This document shows, in pieces, positions 8,914-19,222 of a stretch of DNA of 64,000 nucleotides; position 1 is the stretch's first letter, and every line of letters begins with the position of its first letter. Below the pieces are notes generated by a model. That model saw only the letters and a program-made list of their open reading frames with translations. It was not told the DNA's origin and did not search any database. The translations under genes and the position numbers were made by a program. The DNA is from an uncultured Gemmatimonadales bacterium (GTDB taxonomy: Bacteria > Gemmatimonadota > Gemmatimonadetes > Gemmatimonadales > Gemmatimonadaceae). The stretch covers positions 608,001 through 672,000 of the forward strand of contig CAWBZV010000002.1 of assembly GCA_963793305.1 (NCBI GenBank). Direction: 5' to 3'.

Positions 8914-11001
8914 GTGTCGATCCTGCATCGCTCATTACTCGCAGTGCCTTTCGCAGCAGTGTTGCTCTCGTGCAACAGCACCTCTTCCACCGCTCCCAAA
9001 AAGACCACAACGGGGCTGTCCGGCACGTACGCCGGCGCATTCGGCAGCACGAAGGTGTCCGGCTCTTTCGTGGCAAAGTTCGGATCGGCGCTTTCGGGCG
9101 CCGCCGTCGCGGGCGCGCCGCGCATCCGAGAACAGGGGAGCGGCGGCAATGACGGCTCGATCACGATCACCCTGTTGAACGGCACGACGGTGACGCTGAC
9201 CGGATCGAACGACTCGACGTTCACGCTGACCGACAGCAACGGCGACAGCTGCACGGGGACGGCGGCCAGCGTCCTCAACGCGACGTGCACCCTCGGCGCA
9301 TATCCGGGGGTTACTCTGACGCTCTCTGGCGTGCTCCAGGCAACCGCCGGCGCGTTGACGACGTATTGTGGCATCGACACCGGTCTCCTGAGCCGCAGCA
9401 TGGCCGGCTCGATGCTGCTCGGCATCGCTGGCTCGCAAGCCTTCATCGTCAACATCGCCGCCGGCTCCAACGCAACGACCTTCTATAGTGGCTCGGCGTC
9501 CGCCGGCACCCTGTCGTTAACGTCGTCCGGCTCGGGCAGCACGAACTCGATTCAGGGAACGTATACGTCCACCACCGCGACCGGGACGATCGCCGGCAGT
9601 GGCACGGTCGGGGTGGTCGGCGCGTGGGGTGCCGCATCGCCGTGCACGCTCGTCCAGGCCACGCTGTCGCCCACGACCTTGGCCTTTTCCGCGGTCGCTT
9701 CCGGTACGGCGCCGGCGCAGCAGATCGTGGTCATGACGCCGAGTACGGTGGGGCCCGTGAGCGCCGCGATTCCGTCGTCGGCGTCGTGGCTGACGGCAAC
9801 GACATCGGGTGACTCGGTCTCGTTCGCCGTTTCGACGAACGTGTCGGCGGGGTCCTACAACGCGACGGTACCTATCTACGGGCAGTTCGCCAAGGGCGGG
9901 TCGCTCACCGTGTCGGTGTCGTACACGGTCACCTCGCAATCGACGAACAGCTTCGCCGGACTCTTCCTCGCGTCCAGCGACGGGCAGCTCCTGGGGTACG
10001 CGACGAGCCAACTGGGGACATCGAATGCCACGCCCACCATCAGCGTCGGCAGCGGCGCGGTGAGCGGCGCGGGCTATCTGGCGGTCGATGCCGCCGGCGA
10101 TCTCTGGGTGTCGAGTGGCTTCCGGCACGACATCTACGAGATTCCGACCTCGCAGTTCTTATCCAAAAACCTGACCTGGTCCTACTCGTGCGAGCTGCCG
10201 ACGCCGGTCGGAGGCGGCAATGTGCCGGAGCCGGCCGGAATCGCCGTCGACACGAGTGGGACTGTCTGGGTCGCCGATAGCGCGAACGCGGGCTGGTTCT
10301 ACGGGTACTCGACATCCAATGTCACCAGTAATTGCGCGCTCAATCCGACGCAGCCGTCGGGCGCCAGTCACCCGAGCAACCAGTACCACCTCACGAGCAT
10401 CAACAACTCCCAGGTCCCCGTCACCGCCGCTGTATTGACCGGCATGGCGTTCGACCCGCGCGGCAATCTGTGGATCGCGGATCAAGCGCAGGGCTTCGTC
10501 TACAAGATGCTCCAGGGCCAGATCACGGGATCGAATCTCGAGCTGGCCGCCGATGCGGCCTTCAACGTGATCTCGGAGGAAGGCGATCAGTCCCCCCACG
10601 CGCTGGCGTTCGATGCGCAAGGCAACCTGTGGGTGGCGTACCTGGGGCACGGCACGATCGCCGAATTCGCCGCGTCGCAACTCGGCAACGCCGGCACGAC
10701 CGGCGCGAACTATCCCATCCCGCAGAACATTTTGACGGTCACCAACGTGACCGACTCGGTGACGTCGATCGCGTTCGACGGGTCGGGCAACCTGTGGTTG
10801 GTGGAATCAGCGAACCGCAACGCCAACACCGGCCTGGCATTCGTGCCCGCGAGCCAGTTGTCGGCCCAGAACGCCGTGTTGTCACCGACGGTGACGTTCG
10901 CGGAGAATGGCGCGGGACCGCAATTGCCCACGGCGATCGCGTTCTCGCCGGCGCCGGCCGGGCTGTCGCTGGGCCAGCGGGTCCGCCGCCGGCGTCCGTA
11001 A
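8914..11001 (+). CDS. Large Ser/Thr/Gly-rich lipoprotein with a BACON-like domain and an NHL-like beta-propeller
   Basis: Signal peptide ending in lipobox LLSC; ASWLTAT segment; repeated AxDxxGNLW-type motifs. Confidence 0.8.
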   Translation: MSILHRSLLAVPFAAVLLSCNSTSSTAPKKTTTGLSGTYAGAFGSTKVSGSFVAKFGSALSGAAVAGAPRIREQGSGGNDGSITITLLNGTTVTLTGSNDSTFTLTDSNGDSCTGTAASVLNATCTLGAYPGVTLTLSGVLQATAGALTTYCGIDTGLLSRSMAGSMLLGIAGSQAFIVNIAAGSNATTFYSGSASAGTLSLTSSGSGSTNSIQGTYTSTTATGTIAGSGTVGVVGAWGAASPCTLVQATLSPTTLAFSAVASGTAPAQQIVVMTPSTVGPVSAAIPSSASWLTATTSGDSVSFAVSTNVSAGSYNATVPIYGQFAKGGSLTVSVSYTVTSQSTNSFAGLFLASSDGQLLGYATSQLGTSNATPTISVGSGAVSGAGYLAVDAAGDLWVSSGFRHDIYEIPTSQFLSKNLTWSYSCELPTPVGGGNVPEPAGIAVDTSGTVWVADSANAGWFYGYSTSNVTSNCALNPTQPSGASHPSNQYHLTSINNSQVPVTAAVLTGMAFDPRGNLWIADQAQGFVYKMLQGQITGSNLELAADAAFNVISEEGDQSPHALAFDAQGNLWVAYLGHGTIAEFAASQLGNAGTTGANYPIPQNILTVTNVTDSVTSIAFDGSGNLWLVESANRNANTGLAFVPASQLSAQNAVLSPTVTFAENGAGPQLPTAIAFSPAPAGLSLGQRVRRRRP

Positions 11002-11020
11002 AGCCAACGCCACGGTAGTT

Positions 11021-11061
11021 AAGAGGCAGACTGGCGAGTCTAACTTGCCAGTCTGCCTCTT
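11021..11061. terminator. Hairpin between convergent genes (probable bidirectional terminator)
   Basis: AAGAGGCAGACTGGCGAG-TCTAA-CTTGCCAGTCTGCCTCTT, an 18-bp stem. Confidence 0.8.
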
Positions 11062-11128
11062 ATCGTCGCGCCGGTGCTCACAGTACTATGGCGATCCGTT
11101 GCGGCTTGGCGTTCCTCAAGCTTCGGGC

Positions 11129-11755
11129 TCAGATCCGCATCCCGTGGAGCGCTCGCGACGCCATGACGAGGTGCGCCGTATCAGTCTGGATGCTCGTGAC
11201 ATCGAACCCGGCGATGATAGTACCGAGTTGGCAGTTCGAGACAGCCAACATATCGGTGCCGCTTTCGGGATGGCATTTGCCGCTTAACACGGTCAGTGAT
11301 GCGGTGACGGTGCCACCGCCACCGACCGACCCCTGCGCGGTATCGGGTGCGTACTCGACATAAGTGAAGGTCTGGATGCCGCTGAATTGCTCGTCGATTC
11401 GCATGACGGATCCCGGGTTGCTGCCGCCAGTCCACGCCGCTATGTGGATGGTCGAGTCGACGCCCAACCCAGGAGCATTTTCGTCCCAGGCGACCGCCTG
11501 AAAAGTCGTGGCCGTTCCGTTCACGGATATTTGCACGGTCGTCGGCGCGACGCCCCACGATAATGCAGCAATGGCGATCGTGAGGGCGTTATACCACGCG
11601 TTATCCGCGCGCGGATGTTGGGTCAACACACTGTCGAAATGTTCGGCCAGTGATTGAGGCAATGGACCCGTCGGCATGTCGCTGCCGCACGCACTGGCGG
11701 CGACTGCGCAACACACGAGAGCCGAGATCGTACGCACTTTGGGAGCGTGGCTCAT
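11129..11755 (-). CDS. Hypothetical lipoprotein
   Basis: GGAGG SD; MSHAPKVRTISALVCCAVAASAC signal peptide and lipobox. Confidence 0.7.
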   Translation of the reverse strand: MSHAPKVRTISALVCCAVAASACGSDMPTGPLPQSLAEHFDSVLTQHPRADNAWYNALTIAIAALSWGVAPTTVQISVNGTATTFQAVAWDENAPGLGVDSTIHIAAWTGGSNPGSVMRIDEQFSGIQTFTYVEYAPDTAQGSVGGGGTVTASLTVLSGKCHPESGTDMLAVSNCQLGTIIAGFDVTSIQTDTAHLVMASRALHGMRI

Positions 11756-11820
11756 ACGGGTATTCCTCCGTTGGTGACGAAGCCCCGAAACGCGCGGGTC
11801 CAATATGGCAGCCGCGTGAG

Positions 11821-13263
11821 TCAATGCTGCGCTTGGGCCTCCTCGAGCCGCTCCACGGGCATGGCGGTCGGCACGTGCCGCGCCACGTCGATGTTCCCCT
11901 GGTCGACCACGACATAGCCATCTCTGACCACGAGCCACACCTTCGCGAGATCGCCCAGCGAGACCTCCGGGCGACCGTCAATAACGGTTACGTCGGCGAG
12001 CTTCCCAGGCTCCAAGGTGCCAAGTCGGTCGCCCATGTCGAGCATCTGGGCGTTCGTCCGCGTCGCGATCTGGAGCACCTCGGGAACCGTGTAGCCGAGG
12101 CGGACAAATTGCTGCAGCTCGTTGATGTAGGGCCCAGGCAGATAACGAAACCAATCGCGCACGAGGTCGGTGCCGACGCCGAGCGTGATGCCCGCATCCT
12201 TCATCTTCTTCACCAACGCGAAATTGAGCGACTTGGAGAAGAAGAATCGGCGCGATGTCGTGCCGTAGTACGCGCCCGCGGAATTGAAGATGATGATGTA
12301 GGGCGTCAAGGTGGGATCCGACTCGGTGCCGTGCTGCTTCATGAGCGCGATCGTCTCATCGGATCTCGGCAGCGGATGCTCGATCATGTCGATGCCCGCT
12401 TCGACCGCCCACTTCGTGTAGAACGTCTCGCAATCGCACGTCACCTTGAGGCCGAGCGCGTGCGCTTCCTGGATCGCCGCGGAAACCTCGGCCGGCGTGA
12501 AGTGGCTGGCGATCTTGATGAGGTCAGCGCCCGCGGTGAACTGCTCGCGCACCGCCTCGCGCCAATCATCGGCCCCCGACGCGACGCGGACCATGCCCCC
12601 GGCGGTGCTGTTGTATGGCCCGCCATCGTCGCCGTGACCCCCCTTGCTCGTGATCAGCTGGCCGGCCGCGAATACCCGCGGTCCGATGACACGGTTCTGC
12701 TTGACCCAGGCCTGGAGACGAAACGGCACGTCGCCCTCGGATCCAACGTCGCGCACGCTCGTGATGCCGCTTTCGATGTAGTAACGGAGACGCTCGACCC
12801 CGCGCAGCGCGGCGTCCGCACGGCTCCCGGCGACCGACCCCGGCGTGTCGTCATCGGGATACGTCGAATGCGTGTGCAGGTCGATGAGACCCGGCATGAC
12901 AGTCTTGCCGGCGACATCGATCACGCGCGCGTCGGAAGGCCAGTTGGTCGCCGATGGCGCCAGGATCCGGTCGATGTGGTTGCGCGTGATGACCAGCGTC
13001 CCCTCGCGCACGGGCGCGCCGGTCGCGTCGAAAATGCGGCCGCCGCGCAGCACGAGCGTTCCAGGCGGCCCGTTGACGCCAGGCGGCTCCGGAACCCGCC
13101 GAGGATCGTCGGAGACGCTCTGGGTCGGCGACAGGAATCGCCGTCGCTCAGTCCGGCCGACGACGGTGTCGCGCCCACTCTCCTGGCCCCTCGCCGCCAC
13201 CGGCGTCGCGAGTGGGAGCACCATCGAGACAACCATCAAGCAGAAACTCGGACGGCATATCAC
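11821..13263 (-). CDS. Secreted amidohydrolase (Xaa-Pro dipeptidase/imidazolonepropionase-like)
   Basis: MPGLIDLHTH, GITSVRDVG, GVGTD and GTLEPGKLAD motifs; signal peptide. Confidence 0.9.
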   Translation of the reverse strand: MICRPSFCLMVVSMVLPLATPVAARGQESGRDTVVGRTERRRFLSPTQSVSDDPRRVPEPPGVNGPPGTLVLRGGRIFDATGAPVREGTLVITRNHIDRILAPSATNWPSDARVIDVAGKTVMPGLIDLHTHSTYPDDDTPGSVAGSRADAALRGVERLRYYIESGITSVRDVGSEGDVPFRLQAWVKQNRVIGPRVFAAGQLITSKGGHGDDGGPYNSTAGGMVRVASGADDWREAVREQFTAGADLIKIASHFTPAEVSAAIQEAHALGLKVTCDCETFYTKWAVEAGIDMIEHPLPRSDETIALMKQHGTESDPTLTPYIIIFNSAGAYYGTTSRRFFFSKSLNFALVKKMKDAGITLGVGTDLVRDWFRYLPGPYINELQQFVRLGYTVPEVLQIATRTNAQMLDMGDRLGTLEPGKLADVTVIDGRPEVSLGDLAKVWLVVRDGYVVVDQGNIDVARHVPTAMPVERLEEAQAQH

Positions 13264-13400
13264 GTCGCCACGCTCCGCGTTAGATCATAGGCCGAATCAC
13301 CGGGCCAAGATAACGCCGACGGGCGACCGTCCGCATGCAAAACGGCTGGCTTCCCCCGTGCGAAGCCAGCCGTGTTGGCGCGCGGTTACGCGAATGCTTC

Positions 13401-13835
13401 TTAGTTCACCGTGATGACAAGGGTGCCCTCGCCAACGTCTCCACAGCCCCCCGCATAGACCGAGATACTTCCGGCACTGGAATAGAAGATGCCTCCCGAT
13501 GTCTGACCGGGATCAACGGTCGTCAGCGGAACAGGGGCAACACCGTTGTTAAATCCCTCGAACTGATACACGGTCAGCGCCGTCGAGGTGTTGTTCGTCC
13601 ACTCGATCAGCTGGTTTTCGTGGGCCGACGCCGGGTTCGGCGAAAACGTGGGACAACCAGCGGATGCATTGCTCGGTCCTATCGCGATCTGTAGCGCGTC
13701 GTACGCGCAACCCGATGAGAGCGCGTGCTGTCCCGCCGGACATTGCGCGGCGGTGGGGCTATCGCTGCTCGAGCAACCTTGCAACACGAGGCCGATGAGC
13801 GCGAACGTGACTGCTGCGAGGGTACGCATATGCAT
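13401..13835 (-). CDS. Small lipoprotein, possibly with a cupredoxin-like fold
   Basis: Lipobox LQGC; FSPNP...IEWTN...VDPGQT...GTLVITV pattern. Confidence 0.65.
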   Translation of the reverse strand: MHMRTLAAVTFALIGLVLQGCSSSDSPTAAQCPAGQHALSSGCAYDALQIAIGPSNASAGCPTFSPNPASAHENQLIEWTNNTSTALTVYQFEGFNNGVAPVPLTTVDPGQTSGGIFYSSAGSISVYAGGCGDVGEGTLVITVN

Positions 13836-13917
13836 CCGGGGTTGGCAGTGTGTTAAGTCATGGTTAGTCAGATAAGGGACGCCGCGAGAAACCAGTTTGT
13901 AACCGGTTCATGTCGCG

Positions 13918-14283
13918 TTAAGGTTGCGGTCCATCATTGGGGTAGGGAAAGTAGAGTTCGTTCCCGTCCAGATCATGGACAACCATGAGGCGGTATCCCC
14001 ACTCCCCGTCCTGCACCTCGACCCCCTTGTGTTCCAACTCGGCGCGCAGCGCGTGCAGGACATCGGCATCGAGCGAGATAAAAATGAGGGCGCTGCCCAC
14101 TTTTTTTGGCCACTGCGAAGACAGAATGAGCGCGCAGCTGTGGCGATCGACCTGCGCGACGAGCGGCTTGCCCCCGTCATCGTAGCTCCAAGCGCGCGTG
14201 AACCCCAGTTGATTGACGTAGAAATCGACTGACCGGGCAACGTCAGTGACGAACAGGACCGGACGGGCAAACCATTCGCTCAT
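13918..14283 (-). CDS. VOC/glyoxalase family protein
   Basis: PVLFVTDVARSVDFYVNQLGF and WGYR...DLDGNELYF motifs. Confidence 0.9.
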   Translation of the reverse strand: MSEWFARPVLFVTDVARSVDFYVNQLGFTRAWSYDDGGKPLVAQVDRHSCALILSSQWPKKVGSALIFISLDADVLHALRAELEHKGVEVQDGEWGYRLMVVHDLDGNELYFPYPNDGPQP

Positions 14284-14364
14284 GCGAGCGACGCTAGTCG
14301 AAGACTCGAAGCCAAGCAAGCCGGATCCAGGGAGCGGCGCATGGGCTGCCGCGAACGGTCGCTC

Positions 14365-15357
14365 TCAGCTCGGCCGTCGACGCCGCGCGCGGCGGAGTTT
14401 TCGGAGCGCGACGCGGAGGCCCGCGAGACCGTCGAGTTGCACCGCGCCGATGGCGGTCAGGACCGCCGAGTAGGTGGGCGCCGCGGCGCCGCCGACGAGG
14501 AGAGCCGCGCGCTTTGGGAGCGCCGCGCGCAGGCGCCGAAGCTCGTCGCCGACGGTCGGGTCGCCCATGGGGTACACGACACTCAGCGCTACCGCCCGCG
14601 CCCGTGTCCGCACCGCGCACTCGGCAATGTCCTCGGCCGTCAAATCGGGGCCCAGGTATGTGACCCGCCAGCCCTCGGTCGCCGCGCTCGCGGCGACGAG
14701 GAGCGCGCCGAGCTCGTGGACCTGACCCGATGGCGTCGCAACGACCACGCTCGCCGTCGCGAGCGGCGGGCTCGCGCGCTCGACCACTCCGTCCAGCGTG
14801 CGCCGCACCATCATCGAGGCGAGATGCTCGTGTACCGGACGCAGCGTCCCCTCCCGCCAACGCGCGCCCACGTCCTCGAGCAGCGGAACGAGGAGCCCGT
14901 CGAGCAATTGAACGGCAGAGAGCGCGATCGTCGCTCGCCGCAGCGTGGCTTCGAGCGCGGTTGAGTCCAGCCGCTCGATCGCGCGCATCGCATCCGCGCG
15001 ATACTCGGCCGCGGCCAACGGCGCGTCGCCGTCGCGCGGGTGCGCTCCCCGGCTGGCATGCTCGGCCTCGACGTTCGCGTCCGCCGCCGCGTCCTGTCGG
15101 ACGAGCGCGGTGAGCGCTTCGGTCGGCAACTCGGCCACCAGTCCAATGCTTCGCCCGGCCAATGTGGCGCGATAGAGCAGACGAAGCCGCTCAATGTCGG
15201 TGTCGGAGTAGAGCCGGCGACCGCCCTCGGTTCGCGATGGCGTGACCACGTCATACCGCCGCTCCCACGCGCGCAGCAGATCGGGGCTGAGTCCGGTACG
15301 ACGGGTGACGACCCGCATCGGATGGCGATGCTGGCCGGCGTTCACAGTCGGGGCCAT
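14365..15357 (-). CDS. carH: MerR-family regulator with a B12-binding domain (CarH/LitR-like)
   Basis: LRAWERRY...RTEGGRRLYS HTH; W-x9-EH (WREGTLRPVHEH); QVHELG B12-ligand motif; YLGPD, ALS and VGG Rossmann elements. Confidence 0.85.
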   Translation of the reverse strand: MAPTVNAGQHRHPMRVVTRRTGLSPDLLRAWERRYDVVTPSRTEGGRRLYSDTDIERLRLLYRATLAGRSIGLVAELPTEALTALVRQDAAADANVEAEHASRGAHPRDGDAPLAAAEYRADAMRAIERLDSTALEATLRRATIALSAVQLLDGLLVPLLEDVGARWREGTLRPVHEHLASMMVRRTLDGVVERASPPLATASVVVATPSGQVHELGALLVAASAATEGWRVTYLGPDLTAEDIAECAVRTRARAVALSVVYPMGDPTVGDELRRLRAALPKRAALLVGGAAAPTYSAVLTAIGAVQLDGLAGLRVALRKLRRARRRRPS

Positions 15358-15385
15358 GCCCGAAGGTATCGAATGCATCCACCAT

Positions 15386-15441
15386 TGTCCAGATTCTGTC
15401 CTGGACGATAATTTGACAGTGCCCGGTCGGGCACGTAGATT
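15386..15441. promoter_or_regulatory. CarH-like 11-bp-spaced repeats overlapping a sigma70 promoter
   Basis: TGTCC at 15386 and 15397; TGGAC/TTGAC at 15402 and 15413; TTGACA-N17-TAGATT on the + strand. Confidence 0.55.
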
Positions 15442-15477
15442 CGCCACCATACGAAATCAGCGAACTCGAGGTGCAGC

Positions 15478-15771
15478 ATGCGCGAGATCAGGTTCAGCCA
15501 GACCCACCGCACGAGCGGTGTCCGGCGACGCTTCATCATCTCACAGTTCGATGCCGCGGTCGGCGCCATGATGCCCGATCGCGAGCGCGGCGGGCCGTAT
15601 CTTCCCCCGCCGTGGCCTCTCGCGTGGCGCTACATGGCGCAGATGGGCGATGGCTCCCCCTGGACCGAGTTGCGCCGGCTGGACGCAAAGGCCAATGCGC
15701 CTGACGAAGAGGTCAGAAAGAAAGCGATCCGCGATTTCAACCGCCTGGCGCGCGGCGGCGCTCAACTCTAA
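15478..15771 (+). CDS. Hypothetical protein
   Basis: GAGGTG SD and a near-consensus promoter upstream. Confidence 0.6.
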   Translation: MREIRFSQTHRTSGVRRRFIISQFDAAVGAMMPDRERGGPYLPPPWPLAWRYMAQMGDGSPWTELRRLDAKANAPDEEVRKKAIRDFNRLARGGAQL

Positions 15772-16603
15772 CCGCGAATTATTCGGGGTTGGGGAGAAGG
15801 CCCATTTTGTTGGTAGATCGGCCGCATGATCGCTCGCACCTTGGGCAAGTCGAGCGTGAACCAGACCGCACCTGCGATACAACACGCCCCGGTCAGCATG
15901 ACGGTGGCAGGCGCGCCGATCCGGTGCGCCAGCGCGCCGGCGAACAGGCTGCCGAACGGCGAAGCGCCGAAGAATGCCATCGTGTAGTAACTCATCACGC
16001 GGGCCCGCTTGTCCTCGGGCACCAGTGACTGGATGACCGTGTTGCTCACGGCCGCGGCCTGCATCATGCCGAAGCCGACGAGCACCATGAAGACGAGCGA
16101 AAGCCACAACGCCCGCGACAAGCCGAACAGGGTCAACGCCGCGCCGAGCGTCGCGGAAGCGATCTGCAGCATACGCGTGAGGCCGAGCACCGACTTGCGC
16201 ACGGTCAACGAAAGCGCCGAGATGAGCGCGCCAACGCCCGCGTGGTCGACCAATTCCTCGTCGTCGTGGTCGCGGACCGCGAGATCGTAAACGAGAAACT
16301 CCGTCGGCATCGCGTCGTGCGTGAAATGGTCCAGCGCGTAGACCAGGTACGACGGTAGGAAATAGTGGTAGGCGGCCGGCGAGAATAACGGCAGACAGGA
16401 CGGGTATGCTCGATCAGCCCATCCGGCACCCGGCGCCATCCGACGCCCGCGAACGCGCGACAGATCGCGTTGCAGTCCGGGCAATCGTGTGGCGCGATCT
16501 CGTCGCGGGGTGGACACTTGTCACCCCCGAACACGCGAAGGACGTCAGTCCGGAAGGCGCGTAGCACCGGGTCGTTGCGTGTCGTCCGCTCAGCGTCTGC
16601 CAT
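15768..16603 (-). pseudogene. Chimera of a DUF6714-like N-terminus (frameshifted near 16407) and an MFS C-terminal fragment
   Basis: HDCPDC...LFSPAAYHYFLPSYL...FLVYDL switches abruptly near 16243 to AGVGALISAL...IQSLVPEDKRARVMSYY (MFS_3-type C-half). Confidence 0.7.
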
Positions 16604-16606
16604 ATG

Positions 16607-18328
16607 CTAACGCGCCAGTGACTGCTCCATCCAACGATGCATCTCGCTGTCGAGCACGTCGAGCGGCAATGCACCCTGACCGAGTGCCGCGTCATGAAAC
16701 GCCCGGAGATCGAAGCGCGCACCGAGCCGCGCGCGGGCTTCGGCGCGGAGCTTCAGGAACTCGAGCTGGCCGAGCTTGTACGCGAGCGCCTGGCCCGGCC
16801 ACGCGATATAGCGATCGACCTCGGTCTGGACATTCGGCTCATCCATCGCCGTATACGTATGGAAGTAATCGACCATCTGCTGCCGCGTCCAATGCTTGTA
16901 ATGGACGCCCGGGTCCACCACTAACCGAATCGCGCGCCACATCTCGTTCTCGAGCCGGCCATAATCGCTGTACGGGTCCTGATAGAACCCGACTTCTTTG
17001 CCGAGCCGCTCGGAATAAAAGGCCCAACCCTCGACGAATGCCGTGTAGCCGCCGTGCTGGCGGAACGTCGGCAAGTCAGGGAGCTCCTGAGCGAGCGACA
17101 ACTGCATGTGGTGTCCGGGAACGCCTTCGTGATAGGCGATCGCCTCGACATTCAGCAGCAGTCGCTGGTCCGGGTTCGACTCGTTCACGTTGATGCGCCC
17201 AGGGCGCGAGCCATCTGGCGTACCGGATGTATAGTCGGCCGGTACCGCGTTCGCGCCGCGGAATGGATCCATCGGGATCACGGCGAGCGTCGAGCGCGGG
17301 AGGCGGCCAAAGAGCTGCGGCAGACGCTCCGTCATCTGATGCGCGTACTTGGCGTAGAGATCGAGCACCTGCTGCCCGGACGTCCCGTAGAACCGGCGGT
17401 CGCGCTTGATATGATCGTTGAAGGTCGCGAGGTCGTTATAGCCCTGGCTCTTGGCGATGGTCAGCATCTGCGCCGCGACCTCGGCCACCTGCGCAACGCC
17501 GATCGCGTAGATCGAGTCGGGGCTCAAGTCCGTCGTTGTCATGCGCCGCGCTTCGAATCGATACCGCGCGGCGCCGTCCGGTAGCGCCCAGATGCCAGGA
17601 TCGTTGCGCCCCCGCGGCGCATACTCGGCGCGAACGAACTCGGCGAACTTCCGATACGCCGGCACGATCTCCTGGTCAACCGCCGCGAGGATCGCCACAC
17701 GGAGTCGCGCGCGATCAGCCTCGCCAAAGGCGGTCGGGAAGTGCGACAGGGGAACCGCGAACGGGCTCGCCGCGCCGGTCTTCGACGCGACATCCTGGGT
17801 CTCGACCACCACCTTGTCGAGCAGATAGCGCGGCGGCATGAGGCCATCGCGCATACCCTGTCGCATGTTCTCGGTCACCTGGTCGAACGCGTGTGGCATC
17901 GCATGCAGCCGGGCGATGTAATGATCGTAATCCGCGACCGTGTTGAATGGCGTCAGCGATACGAGGTCGACAAAGCCGAGGTGGATCCCATCGCGTTGGT
18001 CGACCGGCATCTCCCACGACTTGAACGCCATCGCGTCGAGACGCTCCCGCAGATCCCGGATCATCAGCCGACGACTCAGCGCATCGGATGCCGAGAGGCC
18101 AGCGGTGTCGATCGCCTCGAAGCGCGCCAGGAACGAGCGACGGGCCGCGGCATCAGCCTGGATCGCCGACAGCGAGCGGTCATCCAAGCGATCGTTGAAT
18201 CGATTGTCGCCGAGCGCCGTGGCGGCCTCCGGCGACGAGCGCATCTCGTAGTCCCACTCCTCGTCGAACAGGGGGCGCAACGGTTGCGCGACCTGAAGCA
18301 ACAGCGGCACGAGCAAGAGCATGGTCAC
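16607..18328 (-). CDS. DUF885 family protein (secreted, putative metallopeptidase)
   Basis: YHEGVPGHH, FVEGWAFYSE, RAIRLVVD and PGQALAYKLG motifs. Confidence 0.92.
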   Translation of the reverse strand: MTMLLLVPLLLQVAQPLRPLFDEEWDYEMRSSPEAATALGDNRFNDRLDDRSLSAIQADAAARRSFLARFEAIDTAGLSASDALSRRLMIRDLRERLDAMAFKSWEMPVDQRDGIHLGFVDLVSLTPFNTVADYDHYIARLHAMPHAFDQVTENMRQGMRDGLMPPRYLLDKVVVETQDVASKTGAASPFAVPLSHFPTAFGEADRARLRVAILAAVDQEIVPAYRKFAEFVRAEYAPRGRNDPGIWALPDGAARYRFEARRMTTTDLSPDSIYAIGVAQVAEVAAQMLTIAKSQGYNDLATFNDHIKRDRRFYGTSGQQVLDLYAKYAHQMTERLPQLFGRLPRSTLAVIPMDPFRGANAVPADYTSGTPDGSRPGRINVNESNPDQRLLLNVEAIAYHEGVPGHHMQLSLAQELPDLPTFRQHGGYTAFVEGWAFYSERLGKEVGFYQDPYSDYGRLENEMWRAIRLVVDPGVHYKHWTRQQMVDYFHTYTAMDEPNVQTEVDRYIAWPGQALAYKLGQLEFLKLRAEARARLGARFDLRAFHDAALGQGALPLDVLDSEMHRWMEQSLAR

Positions 18329-19222
18329 CTCGGTTGAGCCAGCGCGGAGCGAATGACCTTCAGCGCGGCATCGCGCTCGGCTCCCGACAGCGGCAGCCGC
18401 GGTGGACGTACCGTCTCCGAGCCGCGACCCACCTCGTGCTGCACGAGCTTGATGAGCTGCACGAACTTCATGACGGTGTCAAATCTCAACAAAGGCAGAA
18501 ACCACGAATAGAGCGCGAACGCTTCGGCTGCCCGACCGGTGCAGGCGAGATCGAAGAGTCGGACCGATTCAAGCGGCAGCGCGTTGACCAACCCGGCCAC
18601 CCATCCCCGCGCGCCGACGCCAACCGCTTCGAGGATCATATCGTCGAGTCCCGCGAGCAGCGACAATCGATCGCCGAGGACCGCGCGCAGGGCCGAGACC
18701 CGGCGCACGTCACCACTGGACTCTTTGACGGCATGCACGTTCGCGTGACGGTCAGCCAGTGCTTCCACGTCGGACGCCAGGAGATCGGTGCCGTACGCAA
18801 TCGGATTGTTGTAGAGCATGCACGACAATGGAGTCGCCGAGATCACCGCGTCGAAATGCGCGTGCGTCTCTCTCGCGTCCGGGCGATAGACATAGGGCGG
18901 CAACACCATTAGAGCCCGAGCACCCCGCGCGCTCCGCGGCGCGAGCCAAACGAACGCACTCCTCGGTAGCCAGGCCGCTGACGCCGGCAATGACGGGCGC
19001 CGAGGGACCGGCGGCGTCGGCGCAAATGGACAGCACGCGGATCTTCTCGTCGAATCCCAGCGTCGCCCCCTCACCGAGTGAGCCGAGCGCGACAATGCCT
19101 CGGCAACCATGGCCGAGCAGCCAGCGGACATGATCGGCGAGAAACGACTCGTCGATCGCCCCGTCGGCCTTGAACGGCGTCGTGATGGCCGGGAGAACGC
19201 CGGTCCAATCGTGTTTTTGCAT
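18325..19222 (-). CDS. DapA-family enzyme, probably pyrroline-4-hydroxy-2-carboxylate deaminase (extra base near 18913)
   Basis: GVLPAITTPF, GSLGE, LYNNP, KESSGD and FVQLIKL motifs; gene context. Confidence 0.85.

Noticed and set aside
13851..13870. TGTTAAGTCA/TGGTTAGTCA repeat as an attC core or operator
   Set aside because: No paired attC structure in the right orientation, and too short to support
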